Of a DNA stretch of 64,000 nt, positions 29,101 through 39,361 are shown one piece after another (the first letter of the stretch is position 1; every line of letters starts with the position of its first letter). The stretch comes from Candidatus Moraniibacteriota bacterium (GTDB lineage: Bacteria; Patescibacteriota; Minisyncoccia; Moranbacterales; UBA1568), in contig JACPGV010000011.1 of assembly GCA_016182385.1 (NCBI GenBank), forward strand, positions 22,888 to 86,887, read 5' to 3'. The translations under genes and the position numbers were made by a program. The notes below the pieces were generated by a model. It was not told the origin of the DNA. It was given only the letters and a program-made list of their open reading frames with translations, and ran no database searches.

Positions 29101-30210
29101 TTATTTTCCCATTCCCAAAATACCGATCATGACGCCGATAAGAGCGGTAAGAGACGTAAAAATCCATGCGCGCATGACAATTTTTGGTTCGGGCCATCCC
29201 TTTGCCTCAAAATGATGATGCAGCGGCGCCGCCAAGAAAATTTTTCTTCCAAAAAAACGCTTGCTCAAGAGTTGCAAAGCGGCACTTCCTGATTCCAAAA
29301 TATACACAAAAACAATAAGAAATAATACGAGCGCGGAGTTGGTCAGCATCGCCACGACACCAAGCGTGGTTCCAAGCGATATAGCTCCCGTATCACCCAT
29401 AAAAAATCGGGCCGGATAGATGTTAAACCACAAAAATGCCAACAGCGCTCCCGAGACCGCGGCACAAAACGATGCCAAGTCCATTCTATTCTGCACGAAA
29501 GCAATGAGCGCGAAAGAGCTGAAAGCGATAAGCAATACGCCACCGTTTAATCCATCGAGACCATCCGTCTCATTGGAAGAAATTGCGGCAAATAAAATGA
29601 CAAAAATAAAAAGCGGGATATACCACCAACCGATAGAAAAATCACCCACCGCCGGAATATGCATCTGATCCCAACCAAGCTTTTCATAGAACCACCATGC
29701 GCCGGCGCCGGCAATAACGAACAACCACCAAAAACGGAAAGCAAAACGCATCCCACCGCCCTTGTTGCTTCCACAACCGCGAACACTCATATAGTCATCG
29801 AGCATACCCAAGATACCGGCCATGACCAAAACAAAAAGTGGCAACCATACCTGCGAACGCTTGAAAAAATCCAAACGAGCGATAAAATTCGTATTGGTCC
29901 ATTCAGCGATAAACGGAAACACATAGTGGGAAAGCAGGACCAGTATGAGAACCGATGCCCAGACGATGACTCCACCCATCGTGGGCGTCCCGGCTTTACA
30001 CGCGTGCAATTTATTCACAAAAGTCAATTGTTGTCCGTTCACATCGTTCTTTTTTATCTTTATACCGAATCGATATTTATAGAGAATATGCGTCCAAAGC
30101 GGTGTCAAAAGAAACGCGAGCAAAAAAGAACACAATCCGGTAGCCAATACCTTGAGAATATTCATAATAAACGGTATGTGCTGAATCTGAGCGATCTGAA
30201 TATTTTCCAT
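29101..30210 (-). CDS. mraY: phospho-N-acetylmuramoyl-pentapeptide transferase MraY
   Basis: 10 predicted TMs; the LDDYMSVRG and NETDGLDGL motifs of the MraY/WecA (GT4 polyprenyl-phosphate sugar-phosphate transferase) family; 369 aa. Confidence 0.8.
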   Translation of the reverse strand: MENIQIAQIQHIPFIMNILKVLATGLCSFLLAFLLTPLWTHILYKYRFGIKIKKNDVNGQQLTFVNKLHACKAGTPTMGGVIVWASVLILVLLSHYVFPFIAEWTNTNFIARLDFFKRSQVWLPLFVLVMAGILGMLDDYMSVRGCGSNKGGGMRFAFRFWWLFVIAGAGAWWFYEKLGWDQMHIPAVGDFSIGWWYIPLFIFVILFAAISSNETDGLDGLNGGVLLIAFSSFALIAFVQNRMDLASFCAAVSGALLAFLWFNIYPARFFMGDTGAISLGTTLGVVAMLTNSALVLFLIVFVYILESGSAALQLLSKRFFGRKIFLAAPLHHHFEAKGWPEPKIVMRAWIFTSLTALIGVMIGILGMGK

Positions 30211-30230
30211 AAAAAAACAATTTCAATAAA

Positions 30231-31259
30231 TTATTTCCACTCTACCGCTTGAAAACTCCAATCAAACATAGAACGAATACTTTGCCAACGATACGGATCA
30301 TTGAGAAGCACGGCAATAACTTTGTGACTCTCATGACTATCAGAAGAAGCTACCGCCAACAAAGAGTATCCGGCGAGCGGTGTAAATCCCGTCTTGGTAC
30401 CAAGAAGATTCGGCCACTGTCCAAGCAGTTCATTGGTATTGAATATCTCGTGTTCATAAACATTATCCGCGGAAGAAATAAACATTTTTTCCATACGCAT
30501 AATATCCCACAAGACCGGATACTGAAGCGCGTGTGCCGTAAGAGTGGCAACATCACGCGCCGAAGAATAACACTCATGCTCCCGACCGTCTGGTTCCAAT
30601 CCGGAAGGCGTACAGAAATGCGTATTCTGTAGTCCCAGCTCTTTGGTTCGTTCGTTCATAATCTTCACGAAACCCTCTTCAGTCTTTCCTATATGCTTTC
30701 CTAGAGCCAGCGCCGCGTCATTGGCGCTATTCATAAGAGCCGCTTTCAAAAGATTTTTCACGCTTATTTTTTCTCCTATTTTCAAGCGTTCACTGTTACA
30801 AAAACCAGAGCGCGGGCAACCAATACGCGTACCTTCCGTGTAGATTGTCTCTTCATCAATCGTTACCAACTCATCAAGATTGTCCACTCTTTCCACGACG
30901 ATGGTCGCGGTAAATAATTTGGTAAGAGAGGCAATCTGTCTTTGTGTGTCAGCGTTCCGTTCATAGAGCACCTTCCCGGAGTCGGCATCAAGAATAATCG
31001 CGGCATGCGCTGTCGGGATACTTAGATGCGGTGCGTACGGTTTGAGCTCCGGCTGAAATCCCGTTGAAAATGTATGCTCATTGCTTACGTAGGGAACAAT
31101 TCTTGTTTGTGATTCAGTATCATCTTCAGAAAAACGCTTTATCTTATTATCAAAAAAACCAAAAACATCCTCGCCATGCGCCAAAAAAATATCGCTATTC
31201 CAAGAAAGAGCTCCTGCCACTACCCCAAGCAATATGATCCACAAAAAAAACTTTCGCAT
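30231..31259 (-). CDS. D-alanyl-D-alanine carboxypeptidase (peptidase S11, low-molecular-weight PBP)
   Basis: Signal/TM N-terminus, SxxK active site (ASLTKLFT) and an SxN-like motif; 342 aa. Confidence 0.8.
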   Translation of the reverse strand: MRKFFLWIILLGVVAGALSWNSDIFLAHGEDVFGFFDNKIKRFSEDDTESQTRIVPYVSNEHTFSTGFQPELKPYAPHLSIPTAHAAIILDADSGKVLYERNADTQRQIASLTKLFTATIVVERVDNLDELVTIDEETIYTEGTRIGCPRSGFCNSERLKIGEKISVKNLLKAALMNSANDAALALGKHIGKTEEGFVKIMNERTKELGLQNTHFCTPSGLEPDGREHECYSSARDVATLTAHALQYPVLWDIMRMEKMFISSADNVYEHEIFNTNELLGQWPNLLGTKTGFTPLAGYSLLAVASSDSHESHKVIAVLLNDPYRWQSIRSMFDWSFQAVEWK

Positions 31260-31262
31260 ACG

Positions 31263-31877
31263 TTATGATTGTTCTTTGACCGTCAAAGATTCTTGATTTC
31301 CCTCTTCTTTTTCGATATCTTCCTCATTTTTCAATATCATTTTCAATCGTTCATCGGAGGAAAGTGTTTCATATTCCGGTAATTCTTCCACCTTACCGAT
31401 ACCGAGAGATTGTAAAAAACGAAACGTCGGAGCATAGACATATCCGCGAGCATCAGCGGGATTACCACTTCGTTCGATAAGATCACGGAGCAAAAGATTC
31501 CGCAACGTAAAACTGCAATTTACTCCGCGTACCGCTTCAATTTCAGCACGAGTGATAGGTGCTCGATAGACGATAATGCTCAGCACCTCAAGCGCCGCTT
31601 TAGAAAGAGCATCAGTGAGCGTCGCTTTGGTGAGCGCCTCGACAAAGGCGGCATTTTCCGGCTTGGTACCCAGAGCAACTGCTTTTTCCTTCCGCACTAT
31701 CATGAGCCCACTCTCCTGATCGGCAATATATTTTTGGGAGAGTATCTCAATATTTTCAAGAATCGTTTTTTCATCAACGTGCATCGTTTTCATAAGATGC
31801 GCCACAGAAAGCGGCTCGCCACTTATGAAAAGAAGCGATTCCAAAATTGAAGCAATAGTATTCTGAGAAGAAGTCAT
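31263..31877 (-). CDS. scpB: segregation and condensation protein B
   Basis: Tandem winged-helix architecture (SILESLLFISGEPLSV...); directly downstream of scpA. Confidence 0.85.
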   Translation of the reverse strand: MTSSQNTIASILESLLFISGEPLSVAHLMKTMHVDEKTILENIEILSQKYIADQESGLMIVRKEKAVALGTKPENAAFVEALTKATLTDALSKAALEVLSIIVYRAPITRAEIEAVRGVNCSFTLRNLLLRDLIERSGNPADARGYVYAPTFRFLQSLGIGKVEELPEYETLSSDERLKMILKNEEDIEKEEGNQESLTVKEQS

Positions 31878-31882
31878 AGGTT

Positions 31883-32593
31883 TTATACAACAGGAAGACG
31901 TTTGATACGAATATCACTGAAAAATTTCTCTTGTTCCACAAAAATAACTCGTTGTTTTACCATCTCCAGCACCGCCAAAAACGATACGATGATTTCCACT
32001 CGATCAGCTGCCTGATGGGTCAATTCACTAAAAGAAGATTCTGCTCGCTCGAGCAGAGAATTCTTCAAATGCAATATCTTTTCTTCCAAAGTAATGATCG
32101 TACGCATTTCTTCTTCGGGCAACGCTTCAAACACCGGTATTTCCCCAAGTACATCAACAAAGTGTTTCCGTATATCGGCTACCGTCAAGTGACTCGGTGG
32201 ATAAAATACTGAACGCAAACCAAGAAAGCTCTCCCGAATATGGCTTCGACGTCCCTGAAAAAGCAACGTTCCAATCATCGATGCCGCTTCACGAAATCGT
32301 TTGTATACCTTCAGGCGATTTTCCAAATCATCCATTGACTCTTCTTCATCATTGCTAAACTGTAGTACCGGAAGAAGCGCGCGAGATTTTATCAGAAGCA
32401 GCCGCGCCGCGACAGAAAGAAAAGAGGACAAATTGGCAAGCGAAATAACCTCTTCCTGTTCAATATAACGCAGATACTGATCAGTTACCTTGGCAAGGCT
32501 CACTTGAGTGATATCGAGCTTTTCTTTTTCAATAAGCGAAAGCAAAAGATCAAGCGGACCCTCAAATTGTTCCAAGGTAATACGATAGGCCAT
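31883..32593 (-). CDS. scpA: segregation and condensation protein A
   Basis: N-terminal FEGPLDLLLSLIEKEKLDIT kleisin motif; ~236 aa. Confidence 0.85.
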   Translation of the reverse strand: MAYRITLEQFEGPLDLLLSLIEKEKLDITQVSLAKVTDQYLRYIEQEEVISLANLSSFLSVAARLLLIKSRALLPVLQFSNDEEESMDDLENRLKVYKRFREAASMIGTLLFQGRRSHIRESFLGLRSVFYPPSHLTVADIRKHFVDVLGEIPVFEALPEEEMRTIITLEEKILHLKNSLLERAESSFSELTHQAADRVEIIVSFLAVLEMVKQRVIFVEQEKFFSDIRIKRLPVV

Positions 32594-32697
32594 AAAAACA
32601 AACAAAGAAAACGTATTTTACGCGCACAACGAAAAGAGAAATGAACCATCATTTCTCCTATACAATAACACTTTTTTTACCTTTTTCCAAGAAAAAG

Positions 32698-33894
32698 TCA
32701 GGCTTTTTTGCCGCATTCTTCTTCCCCCTGAGTATCCTCGAGCAAAATAGCGGAAACGAGAGCAAAGATAAACACCAGAACAATAACAAAGAAAAGGCTC
32801 TTGATGGGGAAAAAGATTAGTATGAAAGCCGCAATCGCCGCGCCGACCACATTCGCCAAGGGACGCGCGGTACGAAAAAAAGAAATAATATCAGCATCGT
32901 CACCATCTATTTGTTTGTAAAAATACGCGTCACGCAAAACATCAATCATAGCCGCGCCGACACGCGTCAGAAAAAGCACACCACCCCACACGAGTAATCC
33001 ATACGACGAATCAAGAAATGGAAGAAGAGCTGTCGAAAACATGATGATCATAATACCGACCATAAGCATCTCCTTTTCCCCTAACCGTTTGTCAGCAAGA
33101 GCGCCGACCGGATACTGCAACAAAACAAACGGGAGGAGCATAATGGTAAAAATAATACCGATATCCTTCCAAGAAAAACCGAGATGAAGCAGATGGAGTG
33201 GCATATAAATGATCATGATGGAATAAAAAAACTCAATCGCCAACGCCACGCAGTAAATATGAAACAAATTCTTCTCACGTAACATTTTCCGAAGAGCTTG
33301 CCATGGCCTGAGTCCTTCATGTACGGAGGCGTTATCATGACGAAAAATAAGAAGTGACGCCAAAAAAACAATAATATAACCCAGTGTCATAACAAAAAAA
33401 ACACCTTCGTATTCGAAACGATCGAGCACTCTCGTCGCCAAAAACGGCGCAATCAAAAAACCGGTGTTCACTACCGTCAAATGAAGTCCTCGAACCCGTC
33501 CCGCCATTCCATCGGAAGAAAATCCCTCGAGTAAAATATCAAGCGCCACCCACGTCACGCTATTAACAACCAAAAAGAGGATAGCCACAACAAGAGAAAA
33601 TATTGTTGGCGGCATATTCGTAAGCAGAGCCGAGAGAAGCACCGCGAGACCAAGAGAAAAATAAAACATGCGCGCCTTACCAATTTTTCGGATAAGCGGT
33701 TGCAAATAAAAAAGAGAAAGCAAAACGCCAACAAAAGCCGTAATATAAAAAATACCGACATTGTCTGTCCCGGAAATCTTGGCAAGATAAGAAGAGAGAA
33801 TATAGACACAAAAAGCATCAAAAAATCCCAGTAAAAAAGAAACAGCGCTCACAATAAGCACTTTGTTGCGATTGAAATTATCTTTGTGTATCAT
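32698..33894 (-). CDS. MFS transporter
   Basis: 398 aa with 12 predicted TMs in a 6+6 arrangement and a central loop. Confidence 0.7.
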   Translation of the reverse strand: MIHKDNFNRNKVLIVSAVSFLLGFFDAFCVYILSSYLAKISGTDNVGIFYITAFVGVLLSLFYLQPLIRKIGKARMFYFSLGLAVLLSALLTNMPPTIFSLVVAILFLVVNSVTWVALDILLEGFSSDGMAGRVRGLHLTVVNTGFLIAPFLATRVLDRFEYEGVFFVMTLGYIIVFLASLLIFRHDNASVHEGLRPWQALRKMLREKNLFHIYCVALAIEFFYSIMIIYMPLHLLHLGFSWKDIGIIFTIMLLPFVLLQYPVGALADKRLGEKEMLMVGIMIIMFSTALLPFLDSSYGLLVWGGVLFLTRVGAAMIDVLRDAYFYKQIDGDDADIISFFRTARPLANVVGAAIAAFILIFFPIKSLFFVIVLVFIFALVSAILLEDTQGEEECGKKA

Positions 33895-33995
33895 ATTTTT
33901 TGTTTGTTTTTCTAGTATAACATGAAATGTTTTTTATGTCCGAACAAAACATCTGAAAAAAAGAGGTGTCCGCTTTGCCAAATCATCTGCTACCG

Positions 33996-34406
33996 TTATT
34001 TCATACACCCGGCGACATACCCTCGTTTTTTCGCTTCATCCTCCGAGGCAAAACATATCTTATTTTCAGGCTTAATTCTTTTGACAACCGCGCAGGTGAC
34101 CACATGATACTTATTCGAATTACGACTTCCGACCAGAGGACATGATCCGGAAGAAGGCACCGTGTTATTTATTATCGCACCCTCATTACTTTTTTCATCT
34201 TTTTTGCCAGTTTCTTCCTCATGCGTCAAAGGCTTCACCTCAGGAATACTAATAACAATCGGCGCAGGCGACAAACGAACGCCATAGAGAAATCCAGCTT
34301 CAAAAGCAAGCGCACTCGATAAAATAAGTCCAAAAAACACAAGAAGGCGATTCTCGTTGTTTCGCACCCATGAGAAAAATCTTTGCAAAAAAGAGAAAAA
34401 CGGCAT
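33996..34406 (-). CDS. hypothetical membrane-anchored protein with C-terminal Cys-containing domain
   Basis: N-terminal TM (LLVFFGLILSSALAFEAGFLYGV), then a ~90 aa domain with 4 Cys (CPLVGSRNSNKYHVVTCAVVKRIKPENKICFASEDEAKKRGYVAGC). Confidence 0.4.
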   Translation of the reverse strand: MPFFSFLQRFFSWVRNNENRLLVFFGLILSSALAFEAGFLYGVRLSPAPIVISIPEVKPLTHEEETGKKDEKSNEGAIINNTVPSSGSCPLVGSRNSNKYHVVTCAVVKRIKPENKICFASEDEAKKRGYVAGCMK

Positions 34407-34489
34407 ACGGGAAGATTGACAAAACGATAGAGCGTGCTATACTCATCCAGTATACAGAAAACATCGGTAATACGTAAATTTTTCGGTTT

Positions 34490-34774
34490 ATGGCAACTAG
34501 AAAAGCAGGTGGATCAACCGCCTTAGGTCGCGATTCCATTTCCAAACGTCTCGGTGTAAAAGCCTTCGGTGGCCAATCGGTGGCTATTGGAAATATCATC
34601 GTCCGTCAACGCGGTACGAAATTTCATCCCGGAAAAAATGTCAAACGTGGAGAAGACGACACTTTGTTCGCTCTTATCGCCGGCACGGTTTCCTTCCAAA
34701 CAAAAAAAGTGAAAAGTTTCACCGGAAAACTGACCGAGCGCATTTTTGTGAATGTTATTGCGGAAAAGAAGTAG
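34490..34774 (+). CDS. rpmA: 50S ribosomal protein L27
   Basis: [31 protein letters not shown]...[13 protein letters not shown]; canonical L27. Confidence 0.9.
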   Translation: MATRKAGGSTALGRDSISKRLGVKAFGGQSVAIGNIIVRQRGTKFHPGKNVKRGEDDTLFALIAGTVSFQTKKVKSFTGKLTERIFVNVIAEKK

Positions 34775-34788
34775 CTCCTTTTCGCTCA

Positions 34789-34825
34789 AAAAAACACCCT
34801 CGTATGCACGAAGGTGTTTTTTATT
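34789..34825. terminator. bidirectional intrinsic terminator between convergent rpmA and pyrG
   Basis: AACACCCUCGuaugcaCGAAGGUGUU hairpin flanked by A-run and U-run. Confidence 0.45.
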
Positions 34826-34832
34826 TTTCTCC

Positions 34833-36488
34833 TTACTTTCTCCCTTGGCAAGAACGGAGAAACGCAACAAAAAGCGGATGGGGGTGAAGTAAAGATGATT
34901 GGAATTCCGGATGAAACTGCGTAGCGAGGAAAAAGGGATGTTTTTTCTTCGGTAATTCAGCGATTTCCATCAAAATACCATCGGGCGAAGTGGCAGAAAA
35001 CAAAAGCCCCGCTTTTCTAAAATGCTCCACATACTCAGGATTGACCTCGTAACGATGACGATGGCGTTCGGAAATATTTTCTTGTCCGTAGGCCTGCGAG
35101 GCAATCGTCTTCAAAGTAATTCGTGCCGGGTAACAACCCAAACGCATCGTCGCGCCATACTTTTTCTTCAACACATTTTGTTTTTGCTCAGGCATAATAT
35201 CAACAACCGGATGCTTTGTTGTTTTGTCAACTTCGGTAGTGTGCGCGTCTTTCAATAAAAGAACGTGGCGCGCGTATTCAATAACCATAAGTTGCATACC
35301 GTAACAAAGACCAAAATACGGAATCCTGTTTTCACGACAATAACGGATCACGGCAATTTTCCCTTCAATACCACGACTGCCAAATCCACCAGGAATAAGG
35401 ATGCCATCATATTGTTTCAATGAGGAAAGCTTCTTCTGATCTTCTTCAAAATCGGTACTATCGATCCAATCAATTTCCGGTTTCCGACCAATTTCACACG
35501 CGGCGTGTTTGAGAGCCTCAAGTACGCTAATATACGCGTCCGAAAGAACATAGTCTCCTGTTTTGAAATATTTTCCCACCACTCCAATACGAACACTCTT
35601 TGAAGATTGATGGATGCGCTTCACGCGTTTGTGCCATTCCTCCAACTCACCTACTTTTCGACGCGAATGAAGGCCGAGTTTTTTGAGAATAATATCACTC
35701 AACGCATCTTTTTCAAAGTTAAGCGGTACATCATAAATACTTTCCACGTCTGGCGCGTTGATGACGTCTTCTTGGCGAACACTGCAAAAAACAGCAATCT
35801 TTTCCTTGCGCTTCTCATCAAGAGGCCGATCGGCCCGCGCAACGATAATATCCGGCTGAACACCGGTTCCATTGAGTGTTCGAACGGCATGTTGAGTCGG
35901 CTTGGTTTTCATCTCTCCTACCTTAGATGGCGTCGGGATATAACTTACCATGACCGTGATAACATCTTTCGAATGGGCGATTTTTAACATACGTACCGCC
36001 TCCAAAAAGAGAATATTTTCATACTCCCCGACCGTTCCACCAATTTCTATGATCGCTACGTCGGCAGATACCTTTTTGACGGCTTTTTTGATACGACTGA
36101 TCACTTCAAGCGGAATATGCGGTACCACTTGGACACATCTTCCCTGATATTCAAGATTGCGTTCTTTTTCAATGACGGACTTATACACGAGACCGGTCGT
36201 CATGTAATTGTCACGGTCAAGCTCAATATTGAGAAACCGTTCATAATTTCCCATATCCTGGTCCGTTTCGTGTCCATCTTTCAAAACAAACACTTCGCCG
36301 TGCTCCGTCGGATTCATCGTTCCGGCATCAACATTGATATAGGGATCGATTTTGAAGGCCGTGACGGAAAGACCGCGTGCCTGCAAAATCTTGCCAATCG
36401 ATGATGTCGTGATACCCTTACCGACACCACTCATCACGCCACCAACTACAAAAATATATTTCGGATTTCTTTTTTTTGTTTTCGCCAT
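34833..36488 (-). CDS. pyrG: CTP synthase
   Basis: N-terminal synthetase domain (YIFVVGGVMSGVGKGI) and C-terminal class I glutamine amidotransferase with catalytic Cys (GLCYGMQ); 551 aa. Confidence 0.95.
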   Translation of the reverse strand: MAKTKKRNPKYIFVVGGVMSGVGKGITTSSIGKILQARGLSVTAFKIDPYINVDAGTMNPTEHGEVFVLKDGHETDQDMGNYERFLNIELDRDNYMTTGLVYKSVIEKERNLEYQGRCVQVVPHIPLEVISRIKKAVKKVSADVAIIEIGGTVGEYENILFLEAVRMLKIAHSKDVITVMVSYIPTPSKVGEMKTKPTQHAVRTLNGTGVQPDIIVARADRPLDEKRKEKIAVFCSVRQEDVINAPDVESIYDVPLNFEKDALSDIILKKLGLHSRRKVGELEEWHKRVKRIHQSSKSVRIGVVGKYFKTGDYVLSDAYISVLEALKHAACEIGRKPEIDWIDSTDFEEDQKKLSSLKQYDGILIPGGFGSRGIEGKIAVIRYCRENRIPYFGLCYGMQLMVIEYARHVLLLKDAHTTEVDKTTKHPVVDIMPEQKQNVLKKKYGATMRLGCYPARITLKTIASQAYGQENISERHRHRYEVNPEYVEHFRKAGLLFSATSPDGILMEIAELPKKKHPFFLATQFHPEFQSSLLHPHPLFVAFLRSCQGRK

Positions 36489-36569
36489 AAAAATCTCTTA
36501 GAGAAAGAGCCGCTGTTCCGAATCGAGGGAAAAAAGCGGCTCTTGTAAAATTACTCTGAAACACTGATA

Positions 36570-37010
36570 CTAAGCGGTTTCCAAAGAAACCTCAAACCGC
36601 GCCGTTATATCATGTCCGAAATTTGCCTGTACGGGAAACACGCCTATTTTCTTGAGTGGGTGTTCCAAGACAATGTTTTTAGCCTCAATATCCACATTCA
36701 TCGACTGAAGAGCGGTGGCAATTTCTTCCGCGCCAATCGAACCAAACAACTTTCCATTTTCTGATTTCACAGAAAGAGAAACCGTACGCCCATCAACAGC
36801 CGTCGCACGCATTCGTAAATCGGCGACAAGCGACTCCGCTTCTTTGACGCGCTTGGCAATACGCTTTTGCGCTTCCTTGATAACCACAGGCGTCGCCAAA
36901 TCCGCCAAACCTTTTGGCAAGAGAAAATTCAGTCCGTATCCGTTTGGTACTTCCTTGATATCCCCCGCTTTACCGAGACCTTTCACTTCTTCCAAAAGAA
37001 TCACTTTCAT
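36570..37010 (-). CDS. rplI: 50S ribosomal protein L9
   Basis: MKVILLEEVKGLGKAGDIKEVPNGYGLNFLLPKGLA; canonical L9. Confidence 0.9.
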   Translation of the reverse strand: MKVILLEEVKGLGKAGDIKEVPNGYGLNFLLPKGLADLATPVVIKEAQKRIAKRVKEAESLVADLRMRATAVDGRTVSLSVKSENGKLFGSIGAEEIATALQSMNVDIEAKNIVLEHPLKKIGVFPVQANFGHDITARFEVSLETA

Positions 37011-37210
37011 AACTCAAACATAGTAGATTACCTGTACCATCTTAACGTAGGAAAATAATTTGCGCAACCCCGATATTTTCCAATACGCTTGTCAAAAAAC
37101 AAGAAAAGTGCTTACTTGAAAATAGACTTTTTGGTCGAGAAACGACGCAGGAACGTCAGTACCGCCAAAAGTTTTTGTTCTTTTACCACAAAATGATCAA
37201 AGGGTAGAAA

Positions 37211-37669
37211 ATGCCACCAATTCGAAAAATAACACCGTACACTGCTCACGCGACAGGGAAAGAAGTTCATGAACTCATCAAAAGCCTTGCTCCACATGGT
37301 GTCCAAAACGTTGAACAGGCAAAAGATGTCCTTCGTGAAGCCTTCAGTCGCGGATATCCTCTCGAATTCGCTTTGGGCATCGGCGATCAAGTCCTCCGTT
37401 ATTGCGTTCTGGCGTTTGCAAGGAGACATCACATCAGAACCAATGTGTTCCATGACGTGAATCCCCGCGTCATTTTACTGCTCTTTCTGCAGACGGCGCT
37501 CGCTGGCAAATACAAGCAACAGCTGGATGAATTACGAAGCCTGCGAAATTTTTTCACCGAAGAAAACATCGAGCAACTCGCTCGAGAGACAGGAAGATTC
37601 TCCGAAATACAACGAGCTCATTCTCTCCGTCGTCGTCAATCGACGGAAAGGAGTCTTGCCAGAGCATAA
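37211..37669 (+). CDS. hypothetical helical protein (152 aa)
   Basis: ORF with SD-like AAGGGU upstream, ending just before a strong plus-strand intrinsic terminator; preferred over the overlapping 113-aa minus-strand ORF. Confidence 0.35.
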   Translation: MPPIRKITPYTAHATGKEVHELIKSLAPHGVQNVEQAKDVLREAFSRGYPLEFALGIGDQVLRYCVLAFARRHHIRTNVFHDVNPRVILLLFLQTALAGKYKQQLDELRSLRNFFTEENIEQLARETGRFSEIQRAHSLRRRQSTERSLARA

Positions 37670-37677
37670 TATGCACA

Positions 37678-37714
37678 GACCTCGGTCGCAGAACGATCGA
37701 GGTCTCTTTTTTTA
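37678..37714 (+). terminator. intrinsic terminator
   Basis: AGACCUCG-gucgcagaacgau-CGAGGUCU followed by CUUUUUUU. Confidence 0.5.
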
Positions 37715-38818
37715 TACAATCAGCATGCTATCACCGAAAGAATAAAAAGAAAAATTATTTTTGATAGCAAGAGCATATAACTCAACAATCCCTCTCTTGG
37801 CGTTTTTATTCTGCAAAAAAGCGTCAACCAAAAGCATAAGCGACGTCTTGGGAAGATGAAAATTCGTCAGCAAATGATCCACCATTTGAAACTGATAGGG
37901 CGGATAAATAAAAATATCTGTCTTGCCACTATACGTCACACTGTTTCCACACATTTCATCTCTCCATTTTTTAGTCTTACTATTTTCGCGATCGCGAAAA
38001 TAGTAAGACTTAGATACGAATGATTCCAACGTGCGCGTGACCGTTGTCCCTACGGCAATGATCGGTTGTTTTGTTTTTTTGGCGTGACAGAGTGCCTGTA
38101 TCGTTTCTTTAGGAATATTCACAAACTCCGTATGTAATTTTCCTGTCAAAAAATGTTCATCTTGAAGCGGGGCAAATGTTCCCAAACCAACATCAAGCGT
38201 AATATTTTTTGTCACAATATTTTTTTTCTTCAAAGAAGAAAATACTCGATCGGTAAAATGAAGTGATGCGGTCGGTGCCGCGACAGAGGCTCCCTTTTCG
38301 GCAAAAATGGTCTGATACCGCTTCCGAAGTTTCTCTTCCTCCATTGATGCCCCTAAAAGATAATGAGGGAGTGGCGTTTTGCCGTATTGTTCCAGTAGAG
38401 TCTCCAACGAAAACACGCTCTCCAACCGCAGAAAAAAAATTTTTTCATTCTGTCCGATTACCTCAAAAAAACTCCCGTCAGAAAAGAAAAGTTTTTGTCC
38501 GATGGCGATTTTCCTATCGACAAGCGCCGGAATCCGTTGCGGATCTTCTCTCTCATTGGCAAGCACGAATACTTCGATCTTCCCACCTGTTTCCTTGCGA
38601 AGCCATAAACGCGCCGGCAATACCACGGTATTATTGAGAACCATAAGCGATTGCGCCGGAAGATAGCGTGTCAGATTTTTGAAAATATCAAATGTCACCG
38701 TGTCCGTCGTTGTATCATACACAAAGAGCCGCGCGCTATCCCGCGGTTCTACTCCCTCTTTCCGAATGAGCGCTTCGGGCAAGGTGTAATCATATTTTTC
38801 CCTATCAATAATCTGCAT
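37712..38818 (-). CDS. queA: S-adenosylmethionine:tRNA ribosyltransferase-isomerase
   Basis: YDYTLPEALIRKEGVEPRDSARL N-terminus and conserved QueA core; start trimmed to MQIIDREKYDY (ATG at 38818). Confidence 0.9.
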   Translation of the reverse strand: MQIIDREKYDYTLPEALIRKEGVEPRDSARLFVYDTTTDTVTFDIFKNLTRYLPAQSLMVLNNTVVLPARLWLRKETGGKIEVFVLANEREDPQRIPALVDRKIAIGQKLFFSDGSFFEVIGQNEKIFFLRLESVFSLETLLEQYGKTPLPHYLLGASMEEEKLRKRYQTIFAEKGASVAAPTASLHFTDRVFSSLKKKNIVTKNITLDVGLGTFAPLQDEHFLTGKLHTEFVNIPKETIQALCHAKKTKQPIIAVGTTVTRTLESFVSKSYYFRDRENSKTKKWRDEMCGNSVTYSGKTDIFIYPPYQFQMVDHLLTNFHLPKTSLMLLVDAFLQNKNAKRGIVELYALAIKNNFSFYSFGDSMLIV

Positions 38819-38893
38819 AGAAACACTGTAGCAAATATACAAAAAAACAAAAACCCTTGGTCACTACGCGGTAGTTTCCAAGGGTTTGCGAAA

Positions 38894-39235
38894 TCACTTC
38901 TTCTCCTCCTCTATCCGCCGCGCGCAAGCCGCTGCAATCTCTCGGATCATGAAGTTGAGCCGAGCGATTCGAGCCTCACTTTCATGATAGAGCTCTCTCC
39001 GTTTCTTTTTGTAATCATTTTGGACGGAAGGAGTAATAAGCTTGGTTCCCGATTCCACAGATAACTCCAGAATTTCAATATAAGAATCCTGAAGACTATC
39101 CATCATCTCGGAATACCCCGCTTGCTCCGCTTCAATACTTCTTTGAAGCAGTATAATGCTTACTTCGGCTACGGTTACAAAGTTCTCCGAAGTTCGCACC
39201 GTCTCAAGCGTCCTTTCAATAATTTCCTTATCCAT
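38894..39235 (-). CDS. hypothetical small helical protein (weak Rx4H motif, possibly HEPN-like)
   Basis: 113 aa, all-helical; contains KRRELYHESE (an R-x4-H spacing). It directly flanks the AbiE toxin-antitoxin pair; no confident family assignment. Confidence 0.35.
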   Translation of the reverse strand: MDKEIIERTLETVRTSENFVTVAEVSIILLQRSIEAEQAGYSEMMDSLQDSYIEILELSVESGTKLITPSVQNDYKKKRRELYHESEARIARLNFMIREIAAACARRIEEEKK

Positions 39236-39361
39236 CTTGCGCTCCTTTCTGAAAAAACTTTTCCCTTGAACGCCGGGAAATGTAGCGTTCGTAAATTTGC
39301 ATACGAAGTTTAATTATACACCTTTTTAGGCGTTGTGTCAAGGTTTTTGCCTTAGGCAATT

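Noticed and set aside
37112-37453. 113-aa minus-strand ORF overlapping the 152-aa plus-strand ORF
   Set aside because: The two are mutually exclusive. The plus-strand ORF ends just before a strong plus-oriented intrinsic terminator and has a better SD, and the minus ORF is less protein-like. Either call remains low-confidence.
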